From assembly GCA_963933835.1 (NCBI GenBank), contig CAWVVV010000005.1, positions 60,287 through 124,286 on the forward strand: 64,000 nt of DNA, in the 5' to 3' direction. The notes below the pieces were generated by a model. That model saw only the letters and a program-made list of their open reading frames with translations, did not search any database and was not told the DNA's origin. Position numbers and translations under genes: made by a program. Below are positions 9,363 to 19,111 of this stretch, one piece after another. The stretch's first letter is position 1. Every line of letters begins with the position of its first letter. Source of the DNA: an uncultured Puniceicoccaceae bacterium. Its GTDB lineage: Bacteria; Verrucomicrobiota; Verrucomicrobiia; Opitutales; Oceanipulchritudinaceae.

Positions 9363-10951
9363 GCCTTACTCGCCTCCCCTTTTTGGCTCCGTCGAATGAT
9401 TTCCCGCACGACTGAGCGATCATCGAAGGGAGTTACGCTGTCTGCAAATTCTTGATACGATTCGTGTCCTTTACCTGCGACTAAGACTATATCACCTTTT
9501 CGCGCCTCCTCTATTGCCATTCCAATCGCAAGGCGACGATTCTCGATATACTGCATCGTATCCGAAGCAGGAGCTCCTAGCTGCATATCTTCAAAAATCT
9601 GACTTAGATCTTCCGATCGAGGATTGTCGGCAGTTGCAAATGCTAAGTCCGACAGTTTCTTGACCGACCGGCTAATTTTCGAGCGAATCGTTCGATCACG
9701 ATCTCCACCACAGCCATAAACAACAATCAGCCGCCCCTTGGTTAGCTCACGTAACGTCGCGAGCCCAGACAGGTAGGACTCAGGCGTATGCATATAGTCA
9801 ACAACCACTGGAAAACTCTGGCCGCCAGAAATCGTCTCCATTCGGCCCCGAATCTGTCCCACCGTTTTAAGTCTACGAACCAATACCTCTCGCTCGACTC
9901 CAGCCGCAGCACCCAATGCCAATGCTGCCAAAATATTAGTAACATTGAAGCGGCCTACAAGTGGCGCCCGGATCTCAAATACTTCATCTGCCCACTGGAG
10001 GCTAAAACGAATGCCTTCGGAATCACATTCGGCAGAGGAAGCCCGCAGATCACAACCTTCGCTCTGTCCGATCTTCACAACGTCAACCTCAACTGGGATC
10101 TTCGCTACAAGTTCCTGTGAGAGGGCGTCATCCGCATTAATTACAGCTGTTTTCGGAAGCGATCCGTTCCTTCCATCAAAAATCCGCAGTGTTGTATCCA
10201 GATACTCGGCCATCGAGCCGTGATAATCGAGATGTTGTTCACCCAGATTCAGCAGTGCTATTGAGGAGAAATCGAGATCAGCTACACGCCCTTGATCGAT
10301 GCCATGCGAACTGACTTCTATGACACAATTTTCGCAGTCATTATCTCGCATCTGACCCAACATCGAATACAAATCGACAGGTTCTGGAGTTGTCCGGTAG
10401 GAAGGCAGGGTCCTTGAACCTAAATGGTAATGAATAGTGCCCAAAAGTCCGCACTTTTGATCCGGTGAAATGAGCTCGTGGAGTAGGCTTGTTACAACCG
10501 TCTTACCACTGGTCCCAGTCACACCGATCAAGCGCATCTTCAATTGCGGATGGTCGTGGAAACGTTGAGCTGCAACAGCCAATGCCCGCCTAACATTAAG
10601 GACACGAACAAGCTTAGCTTGTCGTGGGACCCAGTGATCTTTCTCACTCAATACCGCTACGGCCCCGCGGGTCACAGCTTCCTCAATATGATCGGCTCCA
10701 TCGGTACGAAGCCCTGGCATGGCGATGAATAAGCACCCAGGCGTTGCTCGACGACTGTCGGTGCAAAGTGAGTTAATCACCACATCTCGATCGATCGATT
10801 CTTCGACAATCGACTCGGTTTCTATAAGCTGACTGAGTCTAAAATCTGGTCTCTTAGAGCGCATGTTCCAGGAAAGTAATTGAGCGGTTAGTCCGGATTG
10901 AGCTAGGCGACTCGACGAAGCTCTTGGTGATGTTTCAAGTAAGCAGCTCAC
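9359..10951 (-). CDS. murE: UDP-MurNAc-dipeptide--diamino acid ligase
   Basis: Motifs DSRR, GVTGTSGKT, TTPEP, EVSSHG, GCGGDRD, DNPRSE (DAP-type specificity motif), AGKGHE. Exact start uncertain (GTG 10951 overlapping the ftsI stop, or a later ATG). Confidence 0.94.
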   Translation of the reverse strand: MSCLLETSPRASSSRLAQSGLTAQLLSWNMRSKRPDFRLSQLIETESIVEESIDRDVVINSLCTDSRRATPGCLFIAMPGLRTDGADHIEEAVTRGAVAVLSEKDHWVPRQAKLVRVLNVRRALAVAAQRFHDHPQLKMRLIGVTGTSGKTVVTSLLHELISPDQKCGLLGTIHYHLGSRTLPSYRTTPEPVDLYSMLGQMRDNDCENCVIEVSSHGIDQGRVADLDFSSIALLNLGEQHLDYHGSMAEYLDTTLRIFDGRNGSLPKTAVINADDALSQELVAKIPVEVDVVKIGQSEGCDLRASSAECDSEGIRFSLQWADEVFEIRAPLVGRFNVTNILAALALGAAAGVEREVLVRRLKTVGQIRGRMETISGGQSFPVVVDYMHTPESYLSGLATLRELTKGRLIVVYGCGGDRDRTIRSKISRSVKKLSDLAFATADNPRSEDLSQIFEDMQLGAPASDTMQYIENRRLAIGMAIEEARKGDIVLVAGKGHESYQEFADSVTPFDDRSVVREIIRRSQKGEASKA

Positions 10952-12759
10952 CTTGATTGAGCTCCTCTCATATATGCGAGCGCATCGGTTGCCGGATTTT
11001 GCTCCGGTGCAAGCGCGTAATACTCGATTAACTTTTCCCCAATCTCCTGAAAAACGGGCGCGGCGACCACACCGCCATAAGCAATTCTTCGGTTACCATT
11101 TTCATCGATCACATTGGCGTCATCTACCATAATCGTAATTGCAAATCTCGGTGCGCTCGCGGGGAAGTATCCCGTAAAAGAAGCGTAGTGATTTCGGCGC
11201 GAATATTTACCGTCGATAATCTTGCGAGCTGTGCCCGTTTTCCCTGCAACCTCAAAGCCATTGATAGCGGCCCTACGGGCTGTGCCACCTTCCATAACGA
11301 CACCTGTCAGCATCTTGGAAAGGAGGTGCGAAGTCTGTTCGCTCAACACTTGACGACGAGAGCGATGTGCAAACTCCAAAACGGTTTCACCCTTGTCGTC
11401 CAAAATTCGTTTCACGATACGCGGACGCATCAACTGCCCATTACTGGCTACACTCGACATAGCCAAATGGACTTGCATCGGTGTCGCACTCACAGCGTAG
11501 CCTGCTGGCAAGCGAGTTATCGTTAACCCGTCCCAGTTCTTTACTGGGTGTAGCATCCCATTCGTTTCACCGTTCAAGCGCCAACCAGTTGGCTCCCCGA
11601 ACCCAAACTTGGCGGCGTAATCGTGCATGCGCTTTTCACCCAACTGTAAGCCGAGCTGAGCAGCTCCCCGATTACTCGACTTCGACACCACTTCCGCGAG
11701 TGTCAGGTCCTCATAGGCGTGACTATCAGAGGGAAGACTAAGCACCCGACCCCTATATTCTACCTGAGCACTACCACAATCGATGATCGAACGCGGGTGG
11801 ACAAGCTGCTCTTCGAGGGCAGCTCCCACCGCTACAATTTTAAAAGTTGAGCCAGGTTCATACTGATCGCTCACTGCCCGATTGCGATGAGCCGCGAGAT
11901 CACTTTCCCAAAAGCTATTGGGATCAAAGGTTGGGTAGTTCCCGAGGCCAAGAATATCTCCAGTCAGTGGGTCACTGACAATGATCGTCGCACCTGCGGG
12001 ATCATAGCGCTCTGCTATTTGCTCTAGAGCTTTTTCAACGTAGCTTTGAACTACGAGGTCAATCGTGAGCTCTACATCATAGCCTTCACGCGCTTCCACT
12101 TCACGAATTCTAAACTGAGCGAGCTCTCGACGATGGGCATCCCCTTCGGTCTCTCTCCATCCGGATTGTCCTCCGAGATAAAAGTCCAGCCACTGCTCAA
12201 CCCCCATAACCGCTTTGTCTTCACGATTCACAAAACCTATCAGATGCGATGCGAACGTACCAGCTGGATAATAGCGTTCGTAGTAAAGATTCCCATACAC
12301 GCCTTTGACCCCAAGGCCCATAAGTTCTTCGTGCAGTTCTGGATTGATTTTGGCGATCTTGATCCATCGGCGACGGTTTGCAGGATCCGAACTCGCTTTC
12401 TCTAGCTTAGACAAGATAGCCCGAGGGTCGATCGCAAGTTCCTCGCCTGTCTTCGTTTGAAGCGTGTGCAGCAATCCTTGAAATGCTGCGCGATCTTTAA
12501 GCTGATACACTTTTGGATCCACTCCGAGGCGAACGCGCGGCCTCGTTGTTGCGAGCAAATTGCCCTTCTGATCGATGATGTCTCCGCGACGGCCAGCCTC
12601 TGCGATCATCAATGAGCGCGACCCTGACGCAAAGTCTACGTATTCACCACGCTCATACACTTGCAAAGCAGATAAACGAACCAACACGCATGCGAAGGCA
12701 ATGATTACAACCGCAGCCAAGAAGCCCAAACGCCATGAACTGATAAAAGTCTTACACAT
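10948..12759 (-). CDS. ftsI: Class B penicillin-binding protein (FtsI/PBP3)
   Basis: N-terminal TM, RGDIIDQKG, EPGSTFK (SxxK), SSN, KTGTA motifs; dcw position. Confidence 0.93.
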   Translation of the reverse strand: MCKTFISSWRLGFLAAVVIIAFACVLVRLSALQVYERGEYVDFASGSRSLMIAEAGRRGDIIDQKGNLLATTRPRVRLGVDPKVYQLKDRAAFQGLLHTLQTKTGEELAIDPRAILSKLEKASSDPANRRRWIKIAKINPELHEELMGLGVKGVYGNLYYERYYPAGTFASHLIGFVNREDKAVMGVEQWLDFYLGGQSGWRETEGDAHRRELAQFRIREVEAREGYDVELTIDLVVQSYVEKALEQIAERYDPAGATIIVSDPLTGDILGLGNYPTFDPNSFWESDLAAHRNRAVSDQYEPGSTFKIVAVGAALEEQLVHPRSIIDCGSAQVEYRGRVLSLPSDSHAYEDLTLAEVVSKSSNRGAAQLGLQLGEKRMHDYAAKFGFGEPTGWRLNGETNGMLHPVKNWDGLTITRLPAGYAVSATPMQVHLAMSSVASNGQLMRPRIVKRILDDKGETVLEFAHRSRRQVLSEQTSHLLSKMLTGVVMEGGTARRAAINGFEVAGKTGTARKIIDGKYSRRNHYASFTGYFPASAPRFAITIMVDDANVIDENGNRRIAYGGVVAAPVFQEIGEKLIEYYALAPEQNPATDALAYMRGAQSR

Positions 12760-13196
12760 CAGCGGCTAAGCCCTCGAACAGCTTCCATCGAAGCGAGATC
12801 AAAAGTCTGGCGATAGGGTTCTGATTGTCTTGAATTCTGGCTTGGCTCTTCCGTGGTCGGAGCCGGGACATAGAGGGTACCCATGCGAATAACTTGTTCA
12901 GTAACTGGACGACGGAGCGTCAGTCCCATTGCTATGGCGCGTTGATGAAGCGTATCCGGTCGGCTGAGGCGAGCAATCCGGGCGTTAAGATACTCGAGGC
13001 GTTGTTCAGCATCAACTTGTTCGATCTGAACTTTTTGGATACGCCCTGCTGTATCCGAAATTTGCTGACGCAACCAAACCAGTCCGAGTCCCCCAACTGC
13101 TACAATCGCTACGATCAAGCAGGTGAGCGTGATTCCCTGATGCCAAAGGATCGAGCGAGCGGGAGCTGCGGGCTGTCTTCGTGGTGATGAGATCAT
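12759..13196 (-). CDS. FtsL-like bitopic coiled-coil protein
   Basis: Sits between rsmH and ftsI; TM helix then coiled coil ending LSRPDTL. Start at ATG 13196 overlaps the rsmH stop (ATGA). Confidence 0.7.
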   Translation of the reverse strand: MISSPRRQPAAPARSILWHQGITLTCLIVAIVAVGGLGLVWLRQQISDTAGRIQKVQIEQVDAEQRLEYLNARIARLSRPDTLHQRAIAMGLTLRRPVTEQVIRMGTLYVPAPTTEEPSQNSRQSEPYRQTFDLASMEAVRGLSR

Positions 13197-14140
13197 GATG
13201 CAGGGATTTCGGCAGTTTTGCGTAAAAGGCGGAGTTTCGCAGAGCGTGAACGCGGGTTTATTTCGCACTCAGCATCGTTGGGAGAAATTGGGCGGCGGCT
13301 AATTTCGACGGCATAGACAGAGCGCTGGTCGGCTGTGCGATTATCCCTCGCACCCTCGGGTCGACCCGACATCTTCCGACAAAAACGCTTCGCGATGCGG
13401 TCTTCGAGTGAATGAAAACTGATGACGGCAAGGATGCCTCCAATTTTGAGACGTTCGAAAGCCTTCGGAAGGACGTTCTCAATCACTTCTAGCTCTCGAT
13501 TGATCGCGATCCGAATACCCTGAAAAGTGCGCGTAGCAGGGTGGATTTTACTACGCCGCCGAGCAGCCGGCCCAACAACTTCTTCAATCATACGAGAGAA
13601 GGAAAGGGTCTGCTGAAGTTCACCTGTCCCGCGCGCGCTCAAAATTGCCTGCACGATCCGACGCCACATCTTTTCTTCTCCGTAACCACGGATTGCGCGT
13701 ATGATATCCGCTTCGGGGGCATTTTCGAGGAACTCGCCAGCTGTCTGTCCCTCATTCGGGTTCAGACGCATGTCCATCGGGCCATCGAGACGGAAAGCAA
13801 AGCCGCGTTCAGCGGTGTCATAATGATAGGATGAGAGTCCAAAATCGAAAAGCATCCCGTCGAAGACTCCTTCTGTCAGTTCGTCTATATCTTCAAAATT
13901 TCCGGGAATGAATGATAACCGGCCCGCAACCTCTTTTGCCAGAGCCTCTGCTCGTGGTGCTGCCTCCGGATCGACATCGAGGGCCACGAGAGTGTTTCCC
14001 GGGTGAGCTTCGAGGAGAGCCCGCGCATGACCACCGCCGCCGAAGGTGCCATCGAGCAGTCTCTTTGGTCCATTGGCAGCCTCAATGCCGAGCAAAACGT
14101 TTTCGAGAAGCACTGGAATATGTCCACCTGTCATCAACAT
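13193..14140 (-). CDS. rsmH: 16S rRNA m4C1402 methyltransferase
   Basis: Motifs HIPVLL, DGTFGGGGH, DGPMDMR, HPATRTFQGIRI, ISFHSLEDR, NPRSRSAKLR. Confidence 0.96.
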   Translation of the reverse strand: MLMTGGHIPVLLENVLLGIEAANGPKRLLDGTFGGGGHARALLEAHPGNTLVALDVDPEAAPRAEALAKEVAGRLSFIPGNFEDIDELTEGVFDGMLFDFGLSSYHYDTAERGFAFRLDGPMDMRLNPNEGQTAGEFLENAPEADIIRAIRGYGEEKMWRRIVQAILSARGTGELQQTLSFSRMIEEVVGPAARRRSKIHPATRTFQGIRIAINRELEVIENVLPKAFERLKIGGILAVISFHSLEDRIAKRFCRKMSGRPEGARDNRTADQRSVYAVEISRRPISPNDAECEINPRSRSAKLRLLRKTAEIPAS

Positions 14141-14149
14141 CCAATTCCC

Positions 14150-14599
14150 TTAGATATCGAGCTCCTGCATGGCGCTGAGCATATCAAAGTCTTCGTCGTT
14201 TGCCTCATTGAAGCGATCCGCGCTCCACACCTGGAAAAAGCGTCCGAGGCCAACCATCACGACCTCTTTTTCAACCCCAGCGAAGCTTAGTAAATTCTTG
14301 GGCATGAGGATCCGCCCCTGCCCATCGCAGCCAAATTTGCTTCCTCGACCAAAAACGCCACGGAGGAGGCGGTTTGCCTTTAAGTCACCTACTTTGAGCG
14401 CAGCGGCGCGCGCCTTGAGCTGAGCGAGCATCTCCGGGGGAAATACGGCCAAACACCCTTCTGGATGGGGCCAGGCAAAATAGTAGTTCCCTTCGTCCCC
14501 TGGCACACGCCAGCCAGAAGGCACCGTCACACGATTTCGCGCATCAAGGCGGTGCGTGAATTCGCCAAAGTAATCGACGGTTGTGGGGGTAGTGGTCAT
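14150..14599 (-). CDS. mraZ: Division/cell wall cluster transcriptional regulator MraZ
   Basis: Two DxxxR repeats (LDARNRVTVP, CDGQGRILMP); first gene of the dcw cluster. Start placed at ATG 14599 because the longer ORF overlaps the operator repeats. Confidence 0.92.
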   Translation of the reverse strand: MTTTPTTVDYFGEFTHRLDARNRVTVPSGWRVPGDEGNYYFAWPHPEGCLAVFPPEMLAQLKARAAALKVGDLKANRLLRGVFGRGSKFGCDGQGRILMPKNLLSFAGVEKEVVMVGLGRFFQVWSADRFNEANDEDFDMLSAMQELDI

Positions 14600-14619
14600 G
14601 GGTTCCTGTCCTCTTGAGG

Positions 14620-14657
14620 ACATTTCGAACCACTTTCTGCCACTTCGCCCCACTTCG
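14620..14657 (-). promoter_or_regulatory. MraZ-binding direct repeats (dcw box)
   Basis: Minus strand reads GAAGTGG-ggc-GAAGTGG-cag-AAAGTGG-ttc-GAAATGT: four units at exact 10-bp spacing just upstream of mraZ. Confidence 0.8.
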
Positions 14658-15021
14658 GTCAAGCCGAGATGGTATTAATTCGCACTGTTTCAAGGACTTA
14701 GATCATCGTGCCAGTCGCCGCTCTGTATTTGCCCACATCTTATTCACGCTCATTCAGAGGCCAAAACACCAAGCACCTTTCTCCAAATACCCCTGAAGAA
14801 GCCCATGAAACCAAGAGAAAGCATTTACCCTGAGATACTTACAGTATTTTAATACTAGCCCACCTCGCAATTTAGTGAATAACCTTTCCAGATTCAATAA
14901 ACCTAGAACTTGGCACAATTCCGGTCGAACTTAGGGCTAAATAAACCCTCTATATTGGGCTCTTAAACCAACTAGCTCTCGTTCGTAGATCCCATCTTGA
15001 TTACCTTAAAACTACTGCTTC

Positions 15022-15804
15022 GTGACAATTCGACCTGAAAAACAACCCCGGCGAGGTGGAAAGATCCGCCTCGATGAGCTTCTCCTGAGGCGGGAACTCG
15101 CTCCGAGTAAAACGCAGGCACAGGCCTTGATTCGAGCAGGCAAAGTACGCAGTGGCACGGAGATTCTAGACAAGCCGGGCAAGCCGGTAAAAGACGACCT
15201 TGAGATAACCGTCGCGCAGAGCTCTCCATACGTTGGTCGCGGGGCTGACAAAATCGCGGGTTTTCTCAAACAGTTCCCCCTCCCCACCGAAGGCAAAACC
15301 GTTCTCGATATTGGAGCATCCACCGGCGGCTTCACGGATTACATGCTGCAAAACGGCGCGACCAGCTCGACCTGTGTCGATGTTGGCCACGGCCAGCTGC
15401 ACTACAAGTTGCGGACAGACCCCCGGGTAACCAATTTCGAACGGCTCAACGCGCGCAATCTTACCCCTGAAGACGTTCCTCTTCCATCCTATGATTTTAT
15501 CGTGATGGACCTCTCTTTCATCTCCCTGAAAAAAGTGTGGCCTGCGGTCTGGCCCTTTGTCGCCCCTGGCCAACACATGATCGCCCTCGTCAAACCGCAG
15601 TTTGAGGCTACCAAGGCGGAAGTAGACGCTGGCCGAGGCGTGATACGGGATACGGCCATCCGCGAGCGTGTCCTTAGCGAAATTCGTGCCTGGGTGGAGC
15701 AAAACCTGAAGGACGCTCAAGAGGTCGGCTATTGCGAAAGTCCGATCCACGGCGCTGATGGTAATCTTGAATATCTTGTGGGATGGAAGAACATTGCACC
15801 GTAG
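15022..15804 (+). CDS. tlyA: TlyA family rRNA 2'-O-methyltransferase
   Basis: S4 domain (RLDELL), YVGRGADK, DIGASTGGFTD, DVGHGQL, LVKPQFE, GADGNLEY. Confidence 0.93.
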   Translation: MTIRPEKQPRRGGKIRLDELLLRRELAPSKTQAQALIRAGKVRSGTEILDKPGKPVKDDLEITVAQSSPYVGRGADKIAGFLKQFPLPTEGKTVLDIGASTGGFTDYMLQNGATSSTCVDVGHGQLHYKLRTDPRVTNFERLNARNLTPEDVPLPSYDFIVMDLSFISLKKVWPAVWPFVAPGQHMIALVKPQFEATKAEVDAGRGVIRDTAIRERVLSEIRAWVEQNLKDAQEVGYCESPIHGADGNLEYLVGWKNIAP

Positions 15805-15831
15805 TAGAACCTCTAACTAATCTGCGCCTTC

Positions 15832-16689
15832 ATGACCGCCCCGCGTAACCGCATTCTAATCGTTGCTAATCTGACGAAACCAAACGCCGAGAGCATCGCG
15901 AAAGAGCTCTACGACGTCGCCTTGGCAAACGGATGCAGCGCAGAAATCACAACCACCTTTCCTCTCGAATCATGTGCCTTAGCCGGAAAAGATCTCTGTA
16001 TCGTTATCGGAGGTGACGGAAGCATCCTCGGAGTCGTCGGAGCGGTCGCTGAAACTCCAGTCCCAGTCATGGGCGTGAATCTCGGGACGCTTGGGTTCAT
16101 GGCAAACTACTCGCCCGAGGGCGCGATCGAAGCACTCAAAGCCTTTCTCAAAACTCCCCACCCCCCGTCGAACCGGAAACTGATTAAGGTGACGACGGCT
16201 AAAGGCCGAACAACTTGGGCGCTCAACGACGTCGTCATTCGCGCAACAGGGTCTCGTCTCGCACGCCTCACGGTCCGAGCAGATGACAACTACCTGAGCG
16301 CATTCTACGCTGACGGTCTCATTTTTGCGACACCGACGGGCTCGACCGCCTACAGTCTCTCAGCGGGTGGACCGCTCCTCCACCCCGAAGCCCGAGTGCT
16401 GGCGATGACTCCGATTAACCCGCATTCGTTGACCAGTCGCGCGATGGTCCTCCCCGAGGAAGTCGAGCTCACCATCGAGCTCGATCCGATCACCACTGAT
16501 ATTCAAATTTCGACCGATGGACGCCGCATCGAGGAACTCGAAAGCGTCTTTCCGATCAAAGTGCATATCTGCCCAAACCGCTACTTCCCGCTCCTCCAAC
16601 CGCCAAACACATCACTTTACGATCTCTTGCGCCAAAAGCTCCGGTGGATGGGAGAAATCCCTTCGCGCCTTCAAAGCGATGAATCGTAA
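15832..16689 (+). CDS. nadK: NAD(+) kinase
   Basis: Motifs GGDGS, GVNLGTLGF, LND, DGLIFATPTGSTAYSLSAGGP. Confidence 0.94.
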   Translation: MTAPRNRILIVANLTKPNAESIAKELYDVALANGCSAEITTTFPLESCALAGKDLCIVIGGDGSILGVVGAVAETPVPVMGVNLGTLGFMANYSPEGAIEALKAFLKTPHPPSNRKLIKVTTAKGRTTWALNDVVIRATGSRLARLTVRADDNYLSAFYADGLIFATPTGSTAYSLSAGGPLLHPEARVLAMTPINPHSLTSRAMVLPEEVELTIELDPITTDIQISTDGRRIEELESVFPIKVHICPNRYFPLLQPPNTSLYDLLRQKLRWMGEIPSRLQSDES

Positions 16690-16774
16690 AAGAGCCTTAA
16701 ACCTCTGTAGTATAACCCCTAAGGTGGGGTTTAAGCTTGCTCGCAAAAATTCCTAAATCACTTTCCAGAGCCTA

Positions 16775-17590
16775 ATGGAGGAGGTCTACTATATCCGGCC
16801 AGCTGACTCTGAGACCGCTCGCGGACCCTTTGATATCGACAAGCTGAACACGCTTGGCGAAGCAGACCAGCTGACTGCCGAAACGCTCTACTACGACGAG
16901 ACGCTTGAAGCTTGGGCAGCCATTGGCTCCAATGATGAGCTCAACGCAAAAATCTTTCCGAAACACAAAAAGCTGAGCCTACGCACTCCCAAGGAAACCT
17001 CTGAAACAGCGGGTTCCGACGAGAAAGGGGCCGCAAGGAAAGTCATCTCAGTTGAAGACATGCGGGCTGCAGCTGAGGGACAGACTGAAGAGACTGAGCA
17101 TCTCCGCGATGAGCTCCGCTGGCAGCATCGCGCCGCTGCCATCTCGATTCCAATTTTGACGACCGTATGCTTCGTCTCAGCAGCGACCTACATTTACCCA
17201 TCTTGGAACATCATCCAGCTACTTATCGAAGGCGATGAGGGAGCCATCATGTCGTTTCTGCAGCGCCCGCTCCTCATTCTAGGAGCTTTTGATCTGATCT
17301 TCGGGATCTGTCTCGCCCTCGCGGCGACCGAAATTTACCCACTGCTTCGCTTTCGAGCCATGCTGGGCCTTGGTTTCTTTGGCTACACCTACTGGTCGAG
17401 CTTTTCGACGGGCGATCCCATCGGGCTCTACCTCTGCCTAGCCAACTTAGCTTTTGGGATCGGTGTCTTCATGTGCACTCTCAGCCTACAATTCCGCACG
17501 ATTGTCGTCTCTGGAGCCCTCAGCTTTATCGGTGCCTTGACCTTCGCCTACTTTACGACCTTCGCTCCACTCCTCGAACGCTTCCTGTAG
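16775..17590 (+). CDS. Hypothetical membrane protein with N-terminal GYF_2-like domain
   Basis: N-terminus YYIR..ARGPFDIDKL..LTAETLYY..W resembles a GYF_2 domain; about five hydrophobic helices at the C-terminus. Confidence 0.65.
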   Translation: MEEVYYIRPADSETARGPFDIDKLNTLGEADQLTAETLYYDETLEAWAAIGSNDELNAKIFPKHKKLSLRTPKETSETAGSDEKGAARKVISVEDMRAAAEGQTEETEHLRDELRWQHRAAAISIPILTTVCFVSAATYIYPSWNIIQLLIEGDEGAIMSFLQRPLLILGAFDLIFGICLALAATEIYPLLRFRAMLGLGFFGYTYWSSFSTGDPIGLYLCLANLAFGIGVFMCTLSLQFRTIVVSGALSFIGALTFAYFTTFAPLLERFL

Positions 17591-17725
17591 AGTATCGTGG
17601 CGACTGCGAACCGAAGTAGACACGCCACCTAAACTCTCTGAGCTTCGGTCTTGACGAGACGCTTCATTTGATTCGTTTTGATCGGTTTTTCCGATTCAGA
17701 CCCAAACTTTTTAATTTCCTGAACC

Positions 17726-17905
17726 ATGGCACAGCCAAAACGCAAACAGTCTAAAGCCCGTTCCCGCAAACGTCGTGGCGCTACAAAGTTCACCCTGCCT
17801 CAATTGGCTAAAGATCAGACTGATGGCACCGCGTTTCGCCGCCACCGGGTTAACCCAGCAAACGGTCTTTACCGTGGTCGTCAGGTCATTGAAGTCGACG
17901 CCTAG
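17726..17905 (+). CDS. rpmF: 50S ribosomal protein L32 (cysteine-free form)
   Basis: Below the ORF-track cutoff. Manual translation: MAQPKRKQSKARSRKRRGATKFTLPQLAKDQTDGTAFRRHRVNPANGLYRGRQVIEVDA. Directly upstream of plsX. Confidence 0.95.
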   Translation: MAQPKRKQSKARSRKRRGATKFTLPQLAKDQTDGTAFRRHRVNPANGLYRGRQVIEVDA

Positions 17906-17931
17906 AGCGAAGAAAATCAATTTAAGTCTTT

Positions 17932-17958
17932 AGGCGGTCCTTGAGGGCCGCTTTTTTT
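17932..17958 (+). terminator. Intrinsic terminator after rpmF
   Basis: AGGCGGTCC-ttga-GGGCCGCTT hairpin running into a T tract. Confidence 0.75.
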
Positions 17959-17966
17959 ATACCCTA

Positions 17967-19022
17967 ATGTCAGACTCTCAGCGAAAAATTGCCGTCGATG
18001 CCATGGGCTCGGACCTAGGACCGTCAGAAGTGGTGGCGGGTGTCCGGCTTGCCTTAGACAAATTCAACACCCTTGACGGCATCCTCCTCGTCGGTGACGC
18101 GGATATCCTCCAGCCCATTCTGAAAGAGCAGGGGCTCGCAAGCGACCCTCGCCTCGAGGTGCTTCACGCCTCCCAAGTCATCGGCATGGATGAGAAGCCG
18201 ATCCGAAGCTTAAAAGAGAAAAAGGACTCCTCCCTTGTTCGGACCGTCGAGAGCGTGAAATCAGGGAAAAGCGCAGCTGCCGTGAGCTGTGGCAATACCG
18301 GGAGCCTCATGGCCTGCTCTACCCTCAAGCTTCGTCCCCTCGCCGGCGTCGGAAAGCCCGCCCTCGCCACGGTCTGGCCTACCGCCGACAAGCGCTTCAT
18401 CCTTATCGACGGTGGAGCAAATCCACAGTGCAAGCCCGAGAACCTCGTCCACAACGCGGTCCTAGGGAGTATTTATGCGCAGGACGCGATTGGCATAGAG
18501 CACCCCCGCATCGGCCTTCTCAGCATCGGCACCGAAGAAGGGAAAGGAAACGATCTTGTGAATGATGCTCACACCCAGCTCTCTAAACTCGACGGGATCA
18601 TCCATTACAAGGGCCTCGTGGAAGGCTTTGATTTATTCTCTGGCGTGGTTGATGTCGTTGTCACCGATGGATTTACGGGGAACGTAGTCCTCAAATCATG
18701 CGAAGGCCTTTGGAAAATGATGAAAGGCATGATGCGGGAAGAATTCACCCGCACACCGACGCGCAAGGTAGGTGCAGTCCTCCTCAAAGGCGCGATGTCA
18801 GACCTCAAGTCTCGTCTCGATCCAGACATGTTTGGGGGCGCGCCCCTTCTTGGACTGGGTGGCAATGTTCTCAAAGCACATGGTTCCTCCAATCGCGACG
18901 CCGTCTCCCATGCCATTCGGATCGCCGGTGTCACGATCGAAAAAAACATCACCGAACACGCCCAAAGACTGGTCGCTCAAGCTAATGAGCGGATTAAAGA
19001 ACCACCCCAAGGCAACGACTAG
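17967..19022 (+). CDS. plsX: Phosphate acyltransferase PlsX
   Basis: Motifs IAVDAMGSD, SCGNTG, DGGAN, IGTEEGKG, DGFTGNV, GGAPLLG, KAHGSS. Confidence 0.95.
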   Translation: MSDSQRKIAVDAMGSDLGPSEVVAGVRLALDKFNTLDGILLVGDADILQPILKEQGLASDPRLEVLHASQVIGMDEKPIRSLKEKKDSSLVRTVESVKSGKSAAAVSCGNTGSLMACSTLKLRPLAGVGKPALATVWPTADKRFILIDGGANPQCKPENLVHNAVLGSIYAQDAIGIEHPRIGLLSIGTEEGKGNDLVNDAHTQLSKLDGIIHYKGLVEGFDLFSGVVDVVVTDGFTGNVVLKSCEGLWKMMKGMMREEFTRTPTRKVGAVLLKGAMSDLKSRLDPDMFGGAPLLGLGGNVLKAHGSSNRDAVSHAIRIAGVTIEKNITEHAQRLVAQANERIKEPPQGND

Positions 19023-19111
19023 GGACCGCTTAGGAGTTTAGCCAGATGCCATGCCTTGACAGGTGGTCGGCAAAGACTCTTTTTCATCCTCTTTTGGAGC
19101 GTTATAACTGA

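Noticed and set aside
14910..14926. TGGCAC, a possible sigma-54 -24 box upstream of tlyA
   Set aside because: No TTGC at the -12 position.
17711..17920. 69-aa minus-strand ORF
   Set aside because: Antisense shadow of rpmF.
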